A stretch of DNA of 64,000 bases from the human T2T-CHM13v2.0 reference genome, Homo sapiens, in assembly GCF_009914755.1 (NCBI RefSeq), contig NC_060926.1. One strand, 5' to 3'. This document shows, piece by piece, positions 58,101 through 64,000 of the stretch. The notes below the pieces were generated by a model, which was given only the letters and a program-made list of their open reading frames with translations, was not told where the DNA came from and did no database searches. The position numbers and the translations under genes were made by a program. Numbering within the stretch: the first letter of the stretch is position 1; every line of letters begins with the position of its first letter.

Positions 58101-58844
58101 TTATGATTTCTGATTTCCTGTTTAGCTAAAATATATCCCCTAGTTTGAAGTAATATCAATATTCTCCTTAACAATTTTAGTTTATAAACTGTATCTTGAT
58201 GTCCTTTACATTTAGATTTCTAACTCATATGAAATTTATTTTTATGTGAAGCATAATATGGATTTAACTTTATTTTTTTCCCTGATGGTTAGATAATTAT
58301 ACCAATGCTACTTATTAAACACATCATTCTTTCTTTACTTAATTGAAATGCTATTTTTATTATTTTATTTGGAGATATTATAGGAAATGGTTTATACTAT
58401 AGGCAAAGGAAATTGAAAGAAGATAAAATATTTGTATTTTTCATTGAGAGGAAATAAGTATTTGATAAATTGAGACAATGCAAAGACAAAATAAAACATA
58501 TATTTATCATAAGTTCAGTCCAATAACCACAAAAATAAAAATATAATATATTTTTATATATGGCTTTTTAAATTATGAGAAGACAGTTTTAGTTATCTAC
58601 AGGAATGCAGGAAAGAAGGAAAAAGGGGATAAAAGGAAAGACAGAAATTTGGAAATATGAAATAATGTAGAAAAAATAATTACCAAGAAACAGCCATTAA
58701 GATTGTATTGAAAATACATACACACTACCTCACACATACAGTGTCTCGTAAAAAAGATAATGGGCTTAATTTTAAATATGGATTTTTTTTTATTTACCAA
58801 GGAAGATCTGTATTCCTGAACAACGCAAAAAAGCTTTTGAAAAA

Positions 58845-60166
58845 AACCAAACATCCATTCCTGATTAAAACCAACCAAACAAGCAAGGAAACAAACTCTC
58901 AGCAAACAAGCAATAGAATAAAACTTTTTCAACCTAATAAAGGTCTCTGAGGAAAATCTACAACTACTATCATTCTTAATGATGAAAAGCTCAGTGCTCT
59001 TCTGTTAATATCAGGACTGAGGTAAAGATGTCTGTTTTCATTCTTATATTCAACTGGAGGTTGTAGCGAGTGCAATAAAAAAAAATGCGTCCAGATCAGG
59101 AAGAAAAAAATAAAATTATCTTTATTGGTAAACAACATGGTCATCTTCGTAGAAAATCCTACAGAATTTACAAAAAACATGCTAGCACTAATAAGTGAGT
59201 CTAGAAAGGCTGCAAGATACAAAATCAATATACAAATATCCATTGTATTTCTATACAGTAACATGGAACAATCAAAACCTGAAAATAAAATAATACCATT
59301 TACCATAGCATCAAAAATATAAAATATACAGAGATAAATCTTGTAAAAGTATAAAAGTCATGTTCACTGAAAACTGCAAAAAAATGCTAATTGAAATCAA
59401 GACCTAAATGGTGCACTTACTGTGTGATGGGTCGGAAGACACAAGTTTTTAAAGACGTCAGTCTTCCTCAAACTGATCTGCAATGTTCAGGCAAACTCAG
59501 TCAAAATCTCAGCAGACATTTTTATAAGATGGACAAAATGATTCTGACGTTCACATGCAAATTCAAAGGACCTAGAATAGTGAAACTTAAAAAAAAATCT
59601 AGTCGAAGTATTAATACTACTTGAAGATTTATTTAAAAGATACATTTAAAAGTGCTCCAGTATTTTCATAAAGATAAACAAATAGATAATTGAACAGAAT
59701 ACAGAGTCTAGAAACAGAATCACACTTATATTAGCAACTTATTTTTCACAAAAGTGCAAAGACAATTCAGAGTGGAAAGGATAGTCGCATTTTTTCCCTC
59801 TAACAGTACTGGATTAATTGGGTATTCATATGCAACAAACAAAATGAATTCTAATTTATAGCTTACACAACATGCAACAATTTAAATGAATTGCAAGTTT
59901 CTATATAAAACCTAAAACTATAAAACTTATAGATAAGAACAGGGGAGTATTTGTAACCTCAGATTAGACAAATAATTCTTTGACACAGCACTAAAAGCAC
60001 AGTCCATAAATAAAAATATATGGTATATTAAACTTTATCAAGATTAAAACCTTCTGCTCTTTGAAAGACAATTTAAAGAATGAAAAGATAGGCCACAGAC
60101 TGGAGAAGGTATTTGCCAATCATATATCTGATAAAAATTTGTATCAAGAGTATATGTTTATTTTTT
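58845..60166 (+). mobile_element. L1M (L1MB/MC-type) ORF2 fragment; short 3'-end remnant at about 60820-60890
   Basis: ORF 59125-59322 NNMVIFVENP..ARYKINIQISIVFLY..IPFTIASK; KMDKMILTFTCKFKGPRIVK; [12 protein letters not shown]. Confidence 0.9.
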
Positions 60167-60806
<640 letters not shown>

Positions 60807-60984
60807 AGAATATATGTTTAAATATGTGAAGTTCAAATATGTGAAATTTATTATATGTCAATTATACTTCAATATGGCTATTAAAATATTAACTAATCAT
60901 TAAGTGATAGATTAGAAAGAACATAGCAAGGGCAACTATTGCTTACCTATTTTAAGGACACAAGAAGGGTGGGTTTTTTTAAGT

Positions 60985-62655
60985 TTCAAAATTAAAATTG
61001 ATACATAATAATTTTACATATTTACAGGGAAGAGTGTGATGTTTCTATGCATGTATACTACATTGTGTAATGATCAAATTAGGGTAATTTATGTATCCAT
61101 CACCTCAAACACTTGCCATTTCTTTGCAGTGAGAACATTCAAAATCCTTCCTATTGGCTATTTTATTACCACACACAATATATTATTGTTAACTATATTC
61201 ACCCTACTATGCAATAGAATGTCAGAATTTATCCCCCCTCTCAAATTGTAACTTTGTACCTGTTTACCAATCCCTCTCTATTTCCTGCTTCCTGCTCCTC
61301 TCCGCAGCCTCTGGTAACCACTATTCTACTCTTTACGTCCATGAGATCATCTCTTTTAGATTCCACATATGAGTGAAAGCAGCATTTGTCTTTCTGTACC
61401 TGGCTTATTTTCTTTAACATAATGTCCTCCATGTTCATCTATTTTCACAAGTGACAGGATTTCATTCTTTTTATGACTAGATAGTATTCCATTATATATA
61501 TATACCACAATTAAACAAAAATTTATCTGTTGTTAGACAAAGGTTGATTTCATATCTCAACTATTGTGAATAATGCTGCAATAAACATGAGAGTGCAGAT
61601 ATCTCTTTGACACACTGATTTTATTTTTCTAATATATATCTAGTAATAGGATTACTGAATCATACAGCAGTTCTATTTTTAATTTTTGAGGAACCTTCAT
61701 ACTGTTTTATATAATGGCTATATTAATTTACATTCCCATCAACAATGAATAAAAGTTTCCCTTTCTCCACATCCTTAACAGCGTTTTTACATTTTTTGTG
61801 CTCTTGATAATAGCCATTCTAACTAGAGTGAGATGATATCTCATAGGGGATTTGATTTTCATCTCCCTGATTATTAGTGATGTTGAACATTTTTCATATA
61901 CCTGTTGGACATTGTATGTCTTCTTTTGAGAAATGTCTGTGCAGATCTTTTGCCCATTTTAAAATTTATTATCATTATTATTTTGCTGTTTAGTTGTTTA
62001 GATTTCTTTTCTTTTTTTGACTTTTAATTTAAGTTCGGGGTACATGTGCAGGTTTGTTACATAGTTAAACTGTGTCATAGGGATTTGTAGTACAGACTAT
62101 TTCATTACCCAGGTATTAACGCTTAGTACCTCTTAGTTATTTTTTCTGATCCTTTCCCTCCTTCTACCCTCCACCCTCTGATAGACCCCATTGTGTGTTG
62201 TTCTATTCTATATGTCCATGTGTTCTCTTCATATAGCTCCAACTTTTATATATTCTGGATATTAATCCCTTGTCAGGTGCAGAGTTTGTGAATATTTTCT
62301 ACCACTCCGTAGGCTGCCTCATCACTATTGTTGAAGTTGATGGAAGTCTGTTGATTGTTTGCTTTGCTGTGCAGAAGCTTTTTAGCTTGATGTAATTCCA
62401 TTGTCTATTTTTACTTTTGTTGCCTGTGCTTTTGAGGTCTTATCCAAAAAAAAAAAAACGATTCCCCCAGACCAGTCATAAAGAGTTTCTCCTGTTTTCT
62501 TCTATTTTTCTTATAGTTTGGGCCATGCATTTAAATTTTTAATTCACTTTGAGTTGGTTTCCGTAAATGGTGAGCAATAGAGGTCTACTTTAATTCTTTG
62601 CAAATGGATATTCAGTTTTCACAGCAATATTTATTGAAGAGAGTGCCTTCTCTCC
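60985..62655 (-). mobile_element. L1MA (L1MA2-5-like) 3' portion
   Basis: AATTGATACATAATAATTTTACATATTTA..TGTGTAATGATCAAATTAGGGTAATT 3' end, continuing into antisense ORF2 to TTATTGAAGAGAGTG. Confidence 0.9.
62005..62244 (-). mobile_element. Short L1PA (L1PA13-like) 3' fragment nested in L1MA
   Basis: TTTAAGTTCGGGGTACATGTGCAGGTTTGTTACATAG..TACAGACTATTTCATTACCCAGGTATTAA. Confidence 0.85.
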
Positions 62656-62659
62656 TTTC

Positions 62660-62990
62660 TTTTCAATATAGCATTGGAATTTATAGCCAGAGCATTTAGG
62701 CAAGATAAAGTTATAAAGATCATGTAAGTTGGAAAGAAGGAAGTCAAATTTCCCTCTTAGTAGATGATGTAGTCTTGTATGTAGAAAGCCCTACAGACTC
62801 CACTAAAAAGTGTAACTGTCAACTAGTAAATGAATTCAGTAAACTTTCAGGAAAGAAAATCAACATATAATAACCAGTAACATTTCTGTATGTCAACTAT
62901 CTAAAAAAGAAATAAAGAAAGTAATTCTATTTACAATAGCTACAAAAATTTAAATACCTAGGAATAAACTTAACCAAGAAGTTAAATTTA
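62660..62990 (+). mobile_element. Sense-strand L1 ORF2 (RT region) segment; probable 5'-inverted part of the L1MA
   Basis: TTCAATATAGCATTGGAA..TAGCCAGAGCATTTAGGCAAGA..GTAGATGATGTAGTCTTGTATGTAGAAAGCCCT (decayed [12 protein letters not shown]). Confidence 0.85.
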
Positions 62991-64000
62991 TCTCCTGTAG
63001 AGAAACAGCTGAAATTGTGGAAAAACAGACACACGCTCTTATCATGTGAGTGGCTGACCTGCAACGAAAGGTGCATGCACAGCCTCACCTACTGTTGAGG
63101 TGTCTACTGTTAAAATGAGAGCATTGATTGGAAAAGAATGGGACCCTTCAACTTGGAATGGGGTTGTGTCATAGGATGCTGGTGAATCTGGTGACACTGA
63201 GTTTGTAAACTCTGATGAACCTTTTTTGCCAGAAGAAACAGCTTCCTATTCCCAGTAGTGGCAACATCCCCTCCCTGACCCATGCTGCCATCAGCCTTTC
63301 CACCTTTATCTGAGGAGATAAACCCTGTGCTGCCTGAGGCCACAGTGATGGCCTCTCCTGAGGCAGTTTCCAGGCAAAATATTGTTGATTCTTTTCAGGA
63401 GCCACCCCCAACATCCCCGTTTGCTTCTAGACCTATAATTAGATGAAAGTCCCAGCGGGCCGCTAGAGGTGAGGTTGAGAGTGTGACCCATGAGAAGGTG
63501 CACCACACTTGAAAAGAACTGCTTGAGTTCTCTAATTTGTATGAACAGAAATCTGGAGAACAGGCATGGGCATGGATATTAAGGGTATGGGATAATGGTG
63601 GAAAGAACATAGAGTTGGATTAGGCTGAATTTGTCGATTTGGGCCCACTAAATAGGGACTCTGCTTTTAATGTTGCAACTCAGGGAGTTAAAAAGGTTCT
63701 AATAATGTATTTGCTTGGTTAGCTGAAATGTGGATTAAAAGATGGTCCACTGTGAGTGAGCTGAAAATGCCTGATTTCCCTTAGTTTAATGTAGAGGAAA
63801 GGATCCAAAGGCTTAGAGAATTTGGGATGGTGGAGTGGATTAATCACTTTAGACCTGCTCATCCCAGCTGGGAGGATCCAGAAGATACATCCTTGACCAA
63901 TGCTTTGCAAAGATATCACACTGGTCTATTACATTGATGACATTATGCTGATTGGATCCAGTAAGCAAGAAGTAGCAAACACACTGAACTTATTGGTGAG
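62988..64000 (+). mobile_element. HERV-L internal sequence: defective gag joined by deletion to pol RT; runs off the window
   Basis: gag peptide QKSGEQAWAWILRVWDNGGKNIELD*AEFVDLG from 63546; FNVEERIQRLREFGMVEWI; RT peptide DITLVYYIDDIMLIG from 63912 (YIDD at 63930-63941). Confidence 0.92.

Overview
Primate, almost certainly human, non-coding DNA (intronic or intergenic). It is AT-rich and CpG-depleted with no CpG island, and I can identify no protein-coding gene, RNA gene or processed pseudogene. The recognisable ORFs in the track are fragments of Alu, L1, THE1 or microsatellites. The window is a dense archive of transposons: nine Alus (one matching human-specific AluYg6), several L1PA/L1M fragments including a near-full-length L1PA15/16-type copy, a complete THE1A MaLR element with both LTRs and a 5-bp TSD, MSTA/MLT1 LTRs, a deleted HERV-L gag/pol remnant, HAL1, L2, MIR and hAT/Tigger MITEs. 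The structure not explained by ordinary repeat annotation is: (1) a 192-bp, ~96% identical inverted duplication with a 790-bp spacer (25404-26577); (2) a young AluYg6 inserted tail-to-tail into the TSD of an older AluY, giving a nearly abutting inverted Alu pair and a triplicated target site (60146-60820); (3) two local direct duplications (~320 bp at ~90%, and 151 bp ungapped at ~74%); (4) candidate spliced exons and motif-dense enhancer candidates in unique DNA. I found no convincing new biological system. Subfamily calls come from remembered consensus features and identities were counted by eye, so both need RepeatMasker/alignment confirmation.
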